Below are positions 32,633 through 42,463 of a DNA stretch of 64,000 nt, in pieces; the first letter of the stretch is position 1, and the number at the start of each line of letters is the position of its first letter. Source of the stretch: Escherichia coli (GTDB lineage Bacteria > Pseudomonadota > Gammaproteobacteria > Enterobacterales > Enterobacteriaceae); NCBI RefSeq assembly GCF_024223415.1, contig NZ_CP100500.1; one strand, written 5' to 3'. Under the pieces are notes generated by a model. It was not told the DNA's origin. It ran no database searches and saw only the letters and a program-made list of their open reading frames with translations. A program made the translations under genes and the position numbers.

Positions 32633-33772
32633 ATGAATCTGATCATGAGCGATGCCGCGCGGGCCGAGCTTTTTGCTTACCAGGCACAACAGGCGGAGAT
32701 GAATAACATCACAATATCTGCGCTCTCCTCCCGCTTTTCGGTACAGCCGGCAGTGCAGCAGAGATTTGAAAACGCATCAAAGGAAAGCCATGATTTTCTT
32801 CAGAAAGCCAACAGCATTGGTGTGACAGAGCAGAAAGGTGAAAAGGTACTCCTGGACACCACCGGGCCGGTTGCGCGCACGAACAGCAGTTATGACGGTA
32901 CAAATCGTCGTAACCCGCTGAATGTGGTGGACATGAAAGCGCGACGCTATGAGTGCGAGCAGGTGAACTACGACACCTTCATCTCCTACCCTCAGCTTGA
33001 CATGTGGGCCGGACACCCTGACTTCCAGCTGCGTGTGAGTCGCCAGATTGCCAGACAGGTGGCACTTGATCGCATCATGACAGGTTTTAACGGTACGCAC
33101 CATGCGGAAGTCTCGGATATAAAAAAACACCCGCGACTTGAGGACGTCAATAAGGGGTGGCTGCAGGATATCAGGGACCAGGCCCCGCAACGCGTCATGA
33201 AAGACGTGATGCTGACTGCGCGCAATATGGACAATTCGGTGGCATACACAGGCAGATACGCCAATCCCGATGCACTGGTCCAGGATGCACGCTCATCCCT
33301 GCTTGACGAATGGCACAAGGACGCAGACGACCTCGTTGTCATCATGGGGCGAAACCTCTTTAACTCCCTGCGCCTGCCGGTCCTGAACAGTATCAGCATG
33401 CAGAATGCGAATGCCGAACTGCTTGCCGGACAGCTCATTGTGTCAACGCGGACCATTGGCGGCCTTGATGTGTACCTTGCGCCATTTTTCCCGGCTCAGT
33501 CAATGCTCATCACCTCATTCAGCAACCTGTCGGTTTACTGGCAGAAGGGGTCCATGCGTCGTCTCATGAAGGATGAGCCCGAATACAACCGTATCGCCAT
33601 CTATCAGTCCGTTAACGACTGCTATGTGGTTGAGGACCATGGTAAGTGCGCACTGATTGAGAATATCAGCTTTGCCACATATGACCATGACGCGCCGGAC
33701 TGGTACCGGGAGGACATAAAAGCACTGTCAGCGCAGGCTGAAGACAAGGATGCAGGGGAAGAGGAGGATTAA
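32633..33772 (+). CDS. P2 gpN-like major capsid protein
   Basis: 379 aa with blocks paralleling P2 N (RYECEQVNYDTFISYPQLDMWAGHPDFQLR..., ...MLITSFSNLSVYW...). Confidence 0.88.
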   Translation: MNLIMSDAARAELFAYQAQQAEMNNITISALSSRFSVQPAVQQRFENASKESHDFLQKANSIGVTEQKGEKVLLDTTGPVARTNSSYDGTNRRNPLNVVDMKARRYECEQVNYDTFISYPQLDMWAGHPDFQLRVSRQIARQVALDRIMTGFNGTHHAEVSDIKKHPRLEDVNKGWLQDIRDQAPQRVMKDVMLTARNMDNSVAYTGRYANPDALVQDARSSLLDEWHKDADDLVVIMGRNLFNSLRLPVLNSISMQNANAELLAGQLIVSTRTIGGLDVYLAPFFPAQSMLITSFSNLSVYWQKGSMRRLMKDEPEYNRIAIYQSVNDCYVVEDHGKCALIENISFATYDHDAPDWYREDIKALSAQAEDKDAGEEED

Positions 33773-33774
33773 CC

Positions 33775-34551
33775 ATGCTGACACCGGCACAGGCTCATTT
33801 CCAGCACGTGATGGCTTTACGGGCAGGAACGGCAGCAGAAAACGAGGATATCGTGGCCCGCACGGCTCATGAGCAGGTCCTTCACCGTCTGCGCCTGGCA
33901 CAGCAACGCATAAAGGGCGTCCAGGCAAAAGCGGCAAAGGCCGCGCTCAAGCGTGAAATGCTGCCGGGTTTTGCAGGCTGGATAGACGGCACGCTGGAAG
34001 CCGACGGCGGACAGCAGGATGAGGTGATAGCCACACTCATGGTGTGGGCCGTGGACTGTGGCGACCTGGCGCTTGCACTGCGCATCGGGGATTATGTGGT
34101 TCGCCACAACCTCACGATGCCTGACAACTTCGGGCGTACGGCAGCCACGGTACTGACCGAGGAAATCTGCAACCCTGTTCTGACACAGGCCGGAACGGAT
34201 GCACACGCCGATTTGTCCGGCTACATCGAACCGCTGGACACCCTCTGGCAAATTGTCGCGAACCGGGACATGCCCGATGAGGTCCGCGCCAAGCTGTGCA
34301 AGGCATGCGCCTTTGCCCGTCGTGGCCTGACCGATGCCGACAGCATGGCGGTGAGTCTGAAGCTGTTCCGTGAGGCAATGCACCTTAACCCGAATGCGGG
34401 GGTAAAACGTGAGATTGCCACGCTTTCACGGGCCCTGAAAAAGGCCGGACAGGATGAAGCCGCTGCCGCACAGGAGCCTGCGGCACAGAAAGATACAACC
34501 AGAGAACAGACCACGACGCCGAAGGCGAAAGCGAAGGCGAAACGTGGTTAA
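33775..34551 (+). CDS. P2 gpM-like terminase small (endonuclease) subunit
   Basis: 258 aa in the position and size of P2 M, after N. Confidence 0.8.
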   Translation: MLTPAQAHFQHVMALRAGTAAENEDIVARTAHEQVLHRLRLAQQRIKGVQAKAAKAALKREMLPGFAGWIDGTLEADGGQQDEVIATLMVWAVDCGDLALALRIGDYVVRHNLTMPDNFGRTAATVLTEEICNPVLTQAGTDAHADLSGYIEPLDTLWQIVANRDMPDEVRAKLCKACAFARRGLTDADSMAVSLKLFREAMHLNPNAGVKREIATLSRALKKAGQDEAAAAQEPAAQKDTTREQTTTPKAKAKAKRG

Positions 34552-34654
34552 CGGCTGACCCCGTCAGAAGGCGGCGTGCCGGGCGTTCCGGTTACGGTTT
34601 TCCGTTCCCCTTACACCCGGCACCCACCGCCTTTTTTTTCTGAAGGAGCGATTT

Positions 34655-35149
34655 ATGAGCATGGTCGCAAGACCGGAAGCCGCCCCTGCACGGGACGATA
34701 TCCCCGACACCGACGACGGCGACGCCACCATCACCGCCGGGGCATTCTGGCCGGAGATTGTGCTGCGGGAGCTGCGCCTTGCAGTACGCCTGCCGGGCCG
34801 CATCACCTCCACACGTCTGGCGCACGTTGCCACGGGAGCCGTGGCTCACGTCACGCGGGAGCTGGAAGAGTGGCAGAAGACGCAGTCTGCCGCAGGGTTC
34901 AGCATCCTCGCAGAAGTGCCTGCCGCCACCATCAACGGTGAGAGCGTCAACGTATGGCATTACCGCAACGCCGTCTACAGCGCCACCCGCGCCCTGATTC
35001 TGGAACGCTGGCGGGATGTGGACACCACTGATAAAGGGAACCGCCGGGCTGACGCACTGGATGAGCAGATGGAAGACTTATGGCGCGATGTGCGCTGGTC
35101 CGTGGCAGATATTCTGGGTCGCCCCCGTCTTTTTGCGGAGCTGGTGTGA
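34655..35149 (+). CDS. P2 gpL-like head completion protein
   Basis: 164 aa, conserved position between M and X. Confidence 0.8.
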   Translation: MSMVARPEAAPARDDIPDTDDGDATITAGAFWPEIVLRELRLAVRLPGRITSTRLAHVATGAVAHVTRELEEWQKTQSAAGFSILAEVPAATINGESVNVWHYRNAVYSATRALILERWRDVDTTDKGNRRADALDEQMEDLWRDVRWSVADILGRPRLFAELV

Positions 35150-35346
35150 TGAAAGTGAGGGCACTCCAGGGGGATACCGTCGATTTACTCTGTTTCCGGC
35201 ACTACGGCACCACGCAGGGGGTGACCGCACAGGTACTTGATGCCAATCCCGGGCTCTGCCGCCAGGTAATTCTGGAAGCGGGACAGGAGGTGGAGATGCC
35301 GGAGCCGGAAAAGAAACAGCAACGCGAAAAGGTAAAGCTATGGTGA
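35149..35346 (+). CDS. P2 gpX-like tail protein
   Basis: 65 aa (MKVRALQGDTVDLLCFRHYGTTQGVTAQVLDANPGL...); start overlaps the L stop. Confidence 0.75.
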   Translation: MKVRALQGDTVDLLCFRHYGTTQGVTAQVLDANPGLCRQVILEAGQEVEMPEPEKKQQREKVKLW

Positions 35347-35630
35347 CGGGATTTTTTCAGCGCGTCAGTGACTGGATCACCTTCTGGGCGTCAGTGACGG
35401 CAACAACCATTGGTGTTATGACCATCAGCGAAAAAATTGCGCTGGCCGGGCTGCTTCTGGGGTCACTTTCCGCCATCCATGCCTGGTGCCACCGCAGGCG
35501 TACGGAGCAGGCAATGAAGCGCCGCAATGACCTTATCGCCCGCATCCTGGCACGTTCAGAAAACCGCGAGCTTCACGACGGTGAGAGACGGGCACTGGAC
35601 AGCGTGAGACAGGACGGAGAAGAGCGGTGA
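35340..35630 (+). CDS. holin (P2 gpY position)
   Basis: 96 aa with hydrophobic segments (FWASVTATTIGVMTI, ALAGLLLGSLSAIHAW) then a charged C-terminus; directly precedes the endolysin. Confidence 0.7.
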   Translation: MVTGFFQRVSDWITFWASVTATTIGVMTISEKIALAGLLLGSLSAIHAWCHRRRTEQAMKRRNDLIARILARSENRELHDGERRALDSVRQDGEER

Positions 35631-36172
35631 AACTGCCGGTAAAACGTTATGCGGTGGCGGCCATTGTGGCGCTGGGCGTCTCCATGGCACCCGGTGAACT
35701 GAGAACCTCACGGGAAGCACAGATAAAAATCGCCACCCGGGAAGAGTGCCGGGCGACACCGTACCGTGATATTGCAGGAGTAATGACCGTGGGATGTGGT
35801 TCAACAGGGGGCGTGGAGAACCGGGTTTACGGAGAAAAGGAGGTGGCCCGCCGCTGGGTGAATGACCTGCGGCACGCGGAAAACTGTATCAACCAGAACT
35901 TCAGCGGTGCCGCCATGCCCCAGTCCGCCTTTGAGGCGATGACCGACGCGGCGTTCAACGTCGGCTGTACCGGCCTGATGTGGTACCGGGACAGGAGCGG
36001 CAACCGGCAGCGCACCACCATCTGGAAGCACGCACAGGCGCACCGCTGGGTGGCGATGTGCGGGAGACTGACCGATTTTGTCAACAGTGGCGGACGCCGC
36101 TCACAGGGGCTGGTTAACCGCCGGGAGGAGTTCAGACAGTGGTGTCTTCGCGACACGGGAGGCAGCACATGA
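35627..36172 (+). CDS. endolysin, lysozyme family with an N-terminal signal-anchor-like segment
   Basis: 181 aa from GTG; hydrophobic N-terminus (AVAAIVALGVSMAPG) followed by a lysozyme-like region (ATPYRDIAGVMTVGCGST). Confidence 0.8.
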   Translation: MKLPVKRYAVAAIVALGVSMAPGELRTSREAQIKIATREECRATPYRDIAGVMTVGCGSTGGVENRVYGEKEVARRWVNDLRHAENCINQNFSGAAMPQSAFEAMTDAAFNVGCTGLMWYRDRSGNRQRTTIWKHAQAHRWVAMCGRLTDFVNSGGRRSQGLVNRREEFRQWCLRDTGGST

Positions 36173-36576
36173 GACCGGTTTACGCCGTGATTGTTGCCCT
36201 CATGGTGACCACCCTGACGGCGGCGGCCATGTGGCAGTCATACCGGCTGGGGCGTGCCGGTGAGGCACGTGACGCCGCAGAGCAGCAGCTGGGCGAATAC
36301 AGCCGGGCGCTGCGTGAGTCCTCCGCCGTTATCAGCGATGCCTCCGCCGTACTGCATGAGGTGATGACGCAGCGACAGAAAAGGGCACAGGAAGGAGAAG
36401 TCAGACGTGAACAGCTTCGCGAAATTGCTGCGACGGATGAGTGCGCCGGCACTCTTCCTGACCACCGTTTTACTGACCGGCTGCGCGAACACACGGAACG
36501 CGCCACTGCCCGCGCCCTCCTTCCGGTTCATTCCGGCGGGACTGACGACGGGAACACGGCCCCCGCCCTTCCCTGA
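36169..36576 (+). CDS. Rz-like inner-membrane spanin (P2 lysB position)
   Basis: 135 aa with an N-terminal transmembrane helix (VYAVIVALMVTTLTAAAMW) then a charged helical region. Confidence 0.7.
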   Translation: MRPVYAVIVALMVTTLTAAAMWQSYRLGRAGEARDAAEQQLGEYSRALRESSAVISDASAVLHEVMTQRQKRAQEGEVRREQLREIAATDECAGTLPDHRFTDRLREHTERATARALLPVHSGGTDDGNTAPALP

Positions 36577-36721
36577 ACACCCCACCTGGGGAAATATCGG
36601 GATATGGAGCGACAGCCTCCTGGATGCACTGGAAACCTGCAACGCAGACAAACGGGCCATTGAGGCGATGGAGCGCCGGAGACTCAACCGACAGAACGGA
36701 GAGGCGCATGCTGAAAAGTAA
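36407..36721 (+). CDS. Rz1-like outer-membrane lipoprotein spanin in the +1 frame overlapping the Rz-like gene
   Basis: GTG start with RBS gaaggag; signal plus lipobox (MNSFAKLLRRMSAPALFLTTVLLTG|C) followed by a Pro-rich sequence (PLPAPSFRFIPAGLTTGTRPPPFPEHP). Confidence 0.65.
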   Translation: MNSFAKLLRRMSAPALFLTTVLLTGCANTRNAPLPAPSFRFIPAGLTTGTRPPPFPEHPTWGNIGIWSDSLLDALETCNADKRAIEAMERRRLNRQNGEAHAEK

Positions 36722-37172
36722 ATCCCTGAGCACACACATGAGTACAGCGTGCCGGTGGTGCAGGGCCAACCCGGAAAAGTTCACCGTGTTCATTGAACGT
36801 GGCGGGATAGAGACCACCGGCGAGACGCCGACGTTCGTGTACAACTACCGGCTGGTGATGTTCGTGATGGACTACACGGGCGATCTGGACAACCTGACGC
36901 TTCCACTGATTGTCTGGCTGGCAGAGAACCAGCCGCAGTTGCTGCTTAATCCTGAGCGCAACAACGATATTCAGTTCACGGCGGCCATTAACGACGACGA
37001 CAGCGCGGACGTGCTGTTTGAGCTGCCGTTACGTGAACGCGTGCGCGTCACCCGCAGGGATGACGGCACCCTCATGACAGAACATCTACCGGAGCCGAAA
37101 TCACGCATCCCGCAGGACGGCGACTGGTCACACATTCTGGAGGATGTGACGTGGAACATTGTCACCGGATAA
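36708..37172 (+). CDS. P2 gpR-like tail completion protein
   Basis: 154 aa from MLKSKSL...; the central region (VMDYTGDLDNLTLPLIVWLAENQPQLL) parallels P2 R. Confidence 0.8.
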   Translation: MLKSKSLSTHMSTACRWCRANPEKFTVFIERGGIETTGETPTFVYNYRLVMFVMDYTGDLDNLTLPLIVWLAENQPQLLLNPERNNDIQFTAAINDDDSADVLFELPLRERVRVTRRDDGTLMTEHLPEPKSRIPQDGDWSHILEDVTWNIVTG

Positions 37173-37187
37173 CACGCGGAGAATGTT

Positions 37188-37844
37188 ATGGGGAAACTGA
37201 GATACCGTAACCTCGTTCCCGCTGAAGGAATGAGTAACATGTTTGTCAATATCCGGCTGGCAACCAGCCCGCAGGCAGTGAAGCGCATTGCCGCGCATGT
37301 GGGTAAGGAGCTGCGGCGCGTGAACCAGAGCCGGATGCGCGCCCAGAAAGCGCCGGACGGTTCGGTGTGGACACGCCGTAAACGCCGTATATCACGCCTT
37401 CAGGAGCGCATCAGCTTTATCTGGCAAAACCAGAACCGCACCCTGAAAAACTGGCATCACGGTTCAGGAAAATACGGCCAGACCATCACCGGCTGGGATG
37501 AAGACCGGAGCGGCATACGTACCTTTTACCGGAGTGATATCCTCCGTTTCCTTGAAATCAGGACACGCCGCATCAACCGTGACACCACAAAAACGGTGCC
37601 GATGTTTGCGAAGCTGCGCACGGCCCGTTATCTGAAAGTGAAGGCGGACGCATCAGGTGTGACGGTGGGCTACAGCGGCGTGGCGGCACGCATTGCCCGC
37701 GTTCACCAGTTCGGGGAGCGCGACCGGGTGGCCGCAGGGATGTATACGGATTATCCGGCCCGTGAACTTCTTGGAATAACACCGGCAGATGAACGACTTA
37801 TTCAGCGTATCATTATGGACAATATCGCGAGGGCTGTGGCATGA
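37188..37844 (+). CDS. P2 gpS-like tail completion / virion morphogenesis protein
   Basis: 218 aa; MRAQKAPDGSVW... and ...IARVHQFGERDRV... blocks match gpS-family motifs, with an internal insertion relative to P2 S. Confidence 0.75.
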   Translation: MGKLRYRNLVPAEGMSNMFVNIRLATSPQAVKRIAAHVGKELRRVNQSRMRAQKAPDGSVWTRRKRRISRLQERISFIWQNQNRTLKNWHHGSGKYGQTITGWDEDRSGIRTFYRSDILRFLEIRTRRINRDTTKTVPMFAKLRTARYLKVKADASGVTVGYSGVAARIARVHQFGERDRVAAGMYTDYPARELLGITPADERLIQRIIMDNIARAVA

Positions 37845-38422
37845 ACGCGGAATTAATGCGCCTTATCAGCAACATCATCAGAACCGGCGTGATTTTCGAC
37901 GTGAACCCGCAGACCTGGGAGGTCCGGGTGCGCAGTGGCGGACTGGAGACAGGCTGGCTTCGCTGGAGCACCGCGCGGGCGGGCGCGTTCAGTGTCTGGG
38001 TGCCGCCAGCCACCGGTGAACAGGTGGCGTTCGTCTGTATCGGTGGTAATCCCGAAACCGCGATAATCATCGGCAGCCTCTGGAGCGATGATATCCCGGC
38101 ACCGGGCAGCACACTGAAGGAAATCATCATGACAGCACCGGACGGTGCGGTATTCCGCTACGATGCAGACGCCGGTGCACTGGAGGTTAAGGGGATTAAA
38201 ACAGCCAGCATTCAGGCCGACACGCGCATCACCCTGGACACGTCGGAGGTGGTGTGTACCCGCAAACTTATCACCGCCACCCTGGAGGTGCAGAACGGCG
38301 GCGAGATGCGCGGCAGCATATCCCACAGCGGCGGCAGCCTGACATCCAACGGTATCACCGTTCATACGCACACCCACGGTGGCGTCAGGACGGGCCCGGG
38401 CACCACGGGAGGCCCGCAATGA
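37841..38422 (+). CDS. P2 gpV-like baseplate spike protein
   Basis: 193 aa; start overlaps the S stop. Confidence 0.85.
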   Translation: MNAELMRLISNIIRTGVIFDVNPQTWEVRVRSGGLETGWLRWSTARAGAFSVWVPPATGEQVAFVCIGGNPETAIIIGSLWSDDIPAPGSTLKEIIMTAPDGAVFRYDADAGALEVKGIKTASIQADTRITLDTSEVVCTRKLITATLEVQNGGEMRGSISHSGGSLTSNGITVHTHTHGGVRTGPGTTGGPQ

Positions 38423-38769
38423 CCGCTGTTTACAGGGGGATGAACCCGCAGGGAACCGGCACGCTGAGCGACAGCGAACACCTGAAAAACAGCGTGCGGG
38501 ATATCCTGACCACACCGCCAGGCAGCCGGGTGATGCGCCGCGAATACGGCAGCCTGTTACCGGACCTCATCGACGAGCCCATGAACGACACCACGCGTTT
38601 ACAGTGCATGAGCGCCACGGTGACTGCGCTGGCGCGCCATGAACCCCGTATAGCACTGCAGAACGTCGATGTGAACTGGCGGGCTGGCGGACGCGCCGTG
38701 GTGACGTTATCCGGCATCATCACCGAAACCATGCAGAACATCACATTCAGTATCACCCTGAGGGAGTAA
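38419..38769 (+). CDS. P2 gpW-like baseplate wedge protein
   Basis: 116 aa (MTAVYRGMNPQGTGTLSDSEHLKNSVRDILTTPPGSRVMRREYGS...); start overlaps the V stop. Confidence 0.85.
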   Translation: MTAVYRGMNPQGTGTLSDSEHLKNSVRDILTTPPGSRVMRREYGSLLPDLIDEPMNDTTRLQCMSATVTALARHEPRIALQNVDVNWRAGGRAVVTLSGIITETMQNITFSITLRE

Positions 38770-38772
38770 ATC

Positions 38773-39669
38773 ATGCCTTCCGTTGACCTGTCACAGTTAC
38801 CGGAACCGGCCATCATCGCGCAGCCGGATTTTGAGTCCATCCTGGCAGACATTAAAACCATGATGGTGAGCTCCTTCCCGGAAGAATACCGCGCCGCCGT
38901 CACCCGTGCCCTTACTCTGGAATCCGAGCCATTGAACATCATTTCCCAGGCCATGGCCTTTCGTGAAATGCTGCTTCGCCAGCGCATCAATGAAGCCGCC
39001 CGCGCCTGCATGCTCAGCCACAGCCGGGGCAGTGACCTGGACAATCTGGCCGCCAACAACAACACCCGCCGCCTGGTCATTCATCCGGCCACTGATACCA
39101 CGGAAGCAGTGATGGAAAGCGACACATCGCTGCGTCTGCGTGCCCAGTCAGCCTGGGACGGCCTGAGTGTGGCCGGACCGTCCGGCGCGTATGAGTATTT
39201 TGCCCGGAGCGCAAGCGGTCTTGTCCGTGATGCGCGCGCCATCAGCCCGTCACCGGCCACAGTCACCGTCTCCATCCTGTCAGCAGACGGTGACGGCACC
39301 GCCGGTGAGGCGTTACTGAACACGGTGCGCACCGCCCTGAATGCCGAGAACGTGCGCCCGGTTGCCGACCGCCTGACTGTGCAGAGTGCTACCATCGTGA
39401 ACTGGGTAATGGAAGCGAAGCTGTATTTTTATCCAGGGCCGGAGTCTGAACCCATGCTTGCGGCCGCTGACGCCGCTTTCCGTGCATGGCTGGCAGACCA
39501 GGGCCGTATCGGTCAGGACGTGGCCCTGTCAGCCATCACTGCAGCGCTGCATGTTCACGGTGTCCAGCGCGTTGAGGTCATAAAACCCACGCAGAACATC
39601 ACCATCAGTGACACTCAGGCAGCCAGATGTACCACATTCAGCATCAGCGAAGGAGGACGCAATGAGTGA
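38773..39669 (+). CDS. P2 gpJ-like baseplate protein
   Basis: 298 aa, conserved position after W. Confidence 0.85.
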   Translation: MPSVDLSQLPEPAIIAQPDFESILADIKTMMVSSFPEEYRAAVTRALTLESEPLNIISQAMAFREMLLRQRINEAARACMLSHSRGSDLDNLAANNNTRRLVIHPATDTTEAVMESDTSLRLRAQSAWDGLSVAGPSGAYEYFARSASGLVRDARAISPSPATVTVSILSADGDGTAGEALLNTVRTALNAENVRPVADRLTVQSATIVNWVMEAKLYFYPGPESEPMLAAADAAFRAWLADQGRIGQDVALSAITAALHVHGVQRVEVIKPTQNITISDTQAARCTTFSISEGGRNE

Positions 39670-40225
39670 CAGGAAAAAAACAGACAGCGCACAGCACAGT
39701 ACATCACTGCTTCCACCGTCCGCAGGGCCATTCATGCGCGCCACAGAGGCGACAGGAGTACGCATCAGTACCATACCGGTGGACGCCGACACCCTGTGGT
39801 CGCCGGACCGCTGCCCTGCTCACCTCCTGCCCTACCTTGCATGGGCATGTTCCGTTGACAGCTGGGACCGCAACTGGCCGGAAGAGACCAGGCGACAGGT
39901 GATTCGGGACGCATGGATGATACATCGCCACAAAGGGACCATCAGTGCACTCCGCCGCATCGTTGAACCACTGGGCTACCTCATCCGTGTATCAGAATGG
40001 TGGGAGTTTGACGGCTCGCCCGGGACCTTCACCATTGAGATTGGCACACTTGAAACCGGAGTAAGTGAAGAGCTGCATGAAGAAATGGAGCGTCTGATTG
40101 CCGATGCGCGCCCCGTCAGCCGCCACCTCGTGGGGCTTAGTATCATCCAGGAAATACACGGTGCCATTTACGCCGCTGCCGCAGGTTACGACGGCGACAT
40201 CATCACCATTTACCCGGAAGACTGA
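39662..40225 (+). CDS. P2 gpI-like baseplate protein
   Basis: 187 aa from an ATG following ggagg; overlaps the J end. Confidence 0.8.
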   Translation: MSDRKKTDSAQHSTSLLPPSAGPFMRATEATGVRISTIPVDADTLWSPDRCPAHLLPYLAWACSVDSWDRNWPEETRRQVIRDAWMIHRHKGTISALRRIVEPLGYLIRVSEWWEFDGSPGTFTIEIGTLETGVSEELHEEMERLIADARPVSRHLVGLSIIQEIHGAIYAAAAGYDGDIITIYPED

Positions 40226-40228
40226 ACC

Positions 40229-42463
40229 ATGAGCACGAGAAAATTCAGAACCCTTATCACCGACATCGGGCTGGCAAAGCTGGCCGCAACAACGGCGCCT
40301 GGCGGTAGACCTGTACGCCTTACGCACATGGCTGTAGGGGACGGCAATGGAGAGCTTCGTCAGCCGCAGAAAAACCAGACATCGCTTTACAATGAGGTTT
40401 GGCGCCAGTCTGTCAACCGCGTCTTCACCGACCCGGAGAACCCGAACCGCCTCATCGCCGAACTGGTCATTCCTCCTGAAACCGGCGGATTCTGGGTGCG
40501 TGAAATTGGTGTGTTTGATGATACAGGTACAATGATTGCAGTAGGAAATACCGCTGAAAGTTACAAGCCCACCAGAGAGGAAGGTTCAGGGCGGGCGCAG
40601 ATATTCCGTGCAGTAATCACCGTCACCTCCGACGCCGTGGTGGAACTGGTCATGGACACAACAACAATTCTGCCGACCACGGACTACATTGATGAGAAAA
40701 TAGCGGAACACGCACGTTCCCGTAACCACCCTGACGCGACACTGACAGAAAAAGGATTCACCCAACTGAGCAGCGCCACAAACAGCACCTCTGAAACACT
40801 GGCCGCCACACCGAAGGCCGTCAAGGCTGCATATGACCTTGCAGCCGGTAAAGCACCCGCCAGCCACACCCACCCGTGGAATCAGATAACAGGTGTGCCA
40901 TCAGCCTCGCTGACGGCAAAAGGCACCGTACAGCTGAGCAGTGCCACAAACAGTGAGTCAGAGACTGAGGCCGCCACCCCCAAAGCGGTTAAAGCCTTAC
41001 ACGATATGGTGACGAGCAAGTATACAGGACAGGATGCAACCACCGGACGCAAAGGCATCGTACAGCTGAGCAGCGCCACAAACAGCAATTCCGAAACACT
41101 GGCGGCCACACCGAAGGCAGTAAGTGATGCACTGAGCATGGCGTTCGTGAAGCCAACAACATCCCTGGGGGAAACAGACCTGAACACTCTGGGGAGTAAG
41201 GAAGACGCGGGAGATTATTACCAGCAGAGTGACTCAGGTGCGAGAACAGACAGAAACTATCCTGTAGAGAAGGCAGGAGAGTTACGCATCCGTGTTGGTG
41301 CATGGGGATTCTGCCAGCATGAATACACGAGCTGGGATCCGCCACGAAAATTTATCAGGACAGTTACCGGAAACTTTAACGGTAACGGCCCATGGTCAGA
41401 GTGGGTGGAGGTGACAAACACAGATGCAACAACTGGACGCAAAGGCATCGTACAGCTGAGCAGCGATACAAACAGCAATTCCGAAACGCTGGCGGCCACA
41501 CCAAGAGCCGTCAAGGCTGCATATGACCTTGCAGCCGGTAAAGCACCCGCCAGCCACACCCACCCGTGGAATCAGATAACAGGTGTGCCATCAGCCTCGC
41601 TGACGGCAAAAGGCACCGTACAGCTGAGCAGTGCCACAAACAGTGAGTCAGAGACTGAGGCCGCCACCCCCAAAGCGGTTAAAGCCTTACACGATATGGT
41701 GACGAGCAAGTATACAGGACAGGATGCAACCACCGGACGCAAAGGCATCGTACAGCTAAGCAGCGCCACAAACAGCAATTCCGAAACGCTGGCGGCCACA
41801 CCAAAAGCTGTTAAAGCTGCGTATGACCTTGCCAACAGCAAAGCCTCGGCAGCCCACACTCATCGCTGGGCTCAGATCACAGACGCCCCTGTTTTTTCGT
41901 CTGTTGCCCGCGTCATCATGGGTAAACAAAGCATAAAAGATATTCTTGATTACCTTGGTTTAGGAGAAGGCTCGACGCTGCCAGTTGGCGTACCCGTTCC
42001 GTGGCCTTCGTCAAGACCACCTGAGGGGTGGTTACAGTGCAACGGTGCCGCATTCACGCGTACAAAATACCCAAAACTGGCGGTGGCCTACCCTGACCTC
42101 AGGCTACCAGATTTGCGCGGGGAATTTATTCGTGGATGGGATGACCTGCGAATGATTGACAGGGGACGCTTATTGTTATCCACACAGGAAGCAACATATA
42201 TTTGTACCGCCATACAGGCGTACCACGGCGTAGCGGGAGGTGCAGATATTCAGGCAGGGATTTCATTTGCATCACATGATAACGACATCATAAACATAAC
42301 CCCTGATCAACCCAGAACCGGTAACGGCATCCTGTACGGCACAAAACCAGTTGACAGATGGGCAATAGCCAGAGCCGGTAAGCTGGTGAGTAATGAAAAA
42401 GACAGATGGATAGCGATCAGACCGCGCAATATCGCTTTTAATTATATTGTGAGGGCAGTTTAA
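40229..42463 (+). CDS. tail fiber protein (P2 gpH-like) with internal repeat modules
   Basis: 744 aa; N-terminus MSTRKFRTLITDIGLAKLAATTAPGGRPVRLTHMAVGDGNGE... is like P2 H. Six copies of the tail-fibre repeat motif (QLSSATNS..ETLAATPKAVKA) and a perfect 251-bp internal duplication. Confidence 0.88.
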   Translation: MSTRKFRTLITDIGLAKLAATTAPGGRPVRLTHMAVGDGNGELRQPQKNQTSLYNEVWRQSVNRVFTDPENPNRLIAELVIPPETGGFWVREIGVFDDTGTMIAVGNTAESYKPTREEGSGRAQIFRAVITVTSDAVVELVMDTTTILPTTDYIDEKIAEHARSRNHPDATLTEKGFTQLSSATNSTSETLAATPKAVKAAYDLAAGKAPASHTHPWNQITGVPSASLTAKGTVQLSSATNSESETEAATPKAVKALHDMVTSKYTGQDATTGRKGIVQLSSATNSNSETLAATPKAVSDALSMAFVKPTTSLGETDLNTLGSKEDAGDYYQQSDSGARTDRNYPVEKAGELRIRVGAWGFCQHEYTSWDPPRKFIRTVTGNFNGNGPWSEWVEVTNTDATTGRKGIVQLSSDTNSNSETLAATPRAVKAAYDLAAGKAPASHTHPWNQITGVPSASLTAKGTVQLSSATNSESETEAATPKAVKALHDMVTSKYTGQDATTGRKGIVQLSSATNSNSETLAATPKAVKAAYDLANSKASAAHTHRWAQITDAPVFSSVARVIMGKQSIKDILDYLGLGEGSTLPVGVPVPWPSSRPPEGWLQCNGAAFTRTKYPKLAVAYPDLRLPDLRGEFIRGWDDLRMIDRGRLLLSTQEATYICTAIQAYHGVAGGADIQAGISFASHDNDIINITPDQPRTGNGILYGTKPVDRWAIARAGKLVSNEKDRWIAIRPRNIAFNYIVRAV

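Noticed and set aside
40586-41859. Minus-strand ORFs of 95-118 aa within the tail fibre gene
   Set aside because: They recur because of the internal repeats of H and are antisense to a gene with a clear P2 H-like N-terminus.
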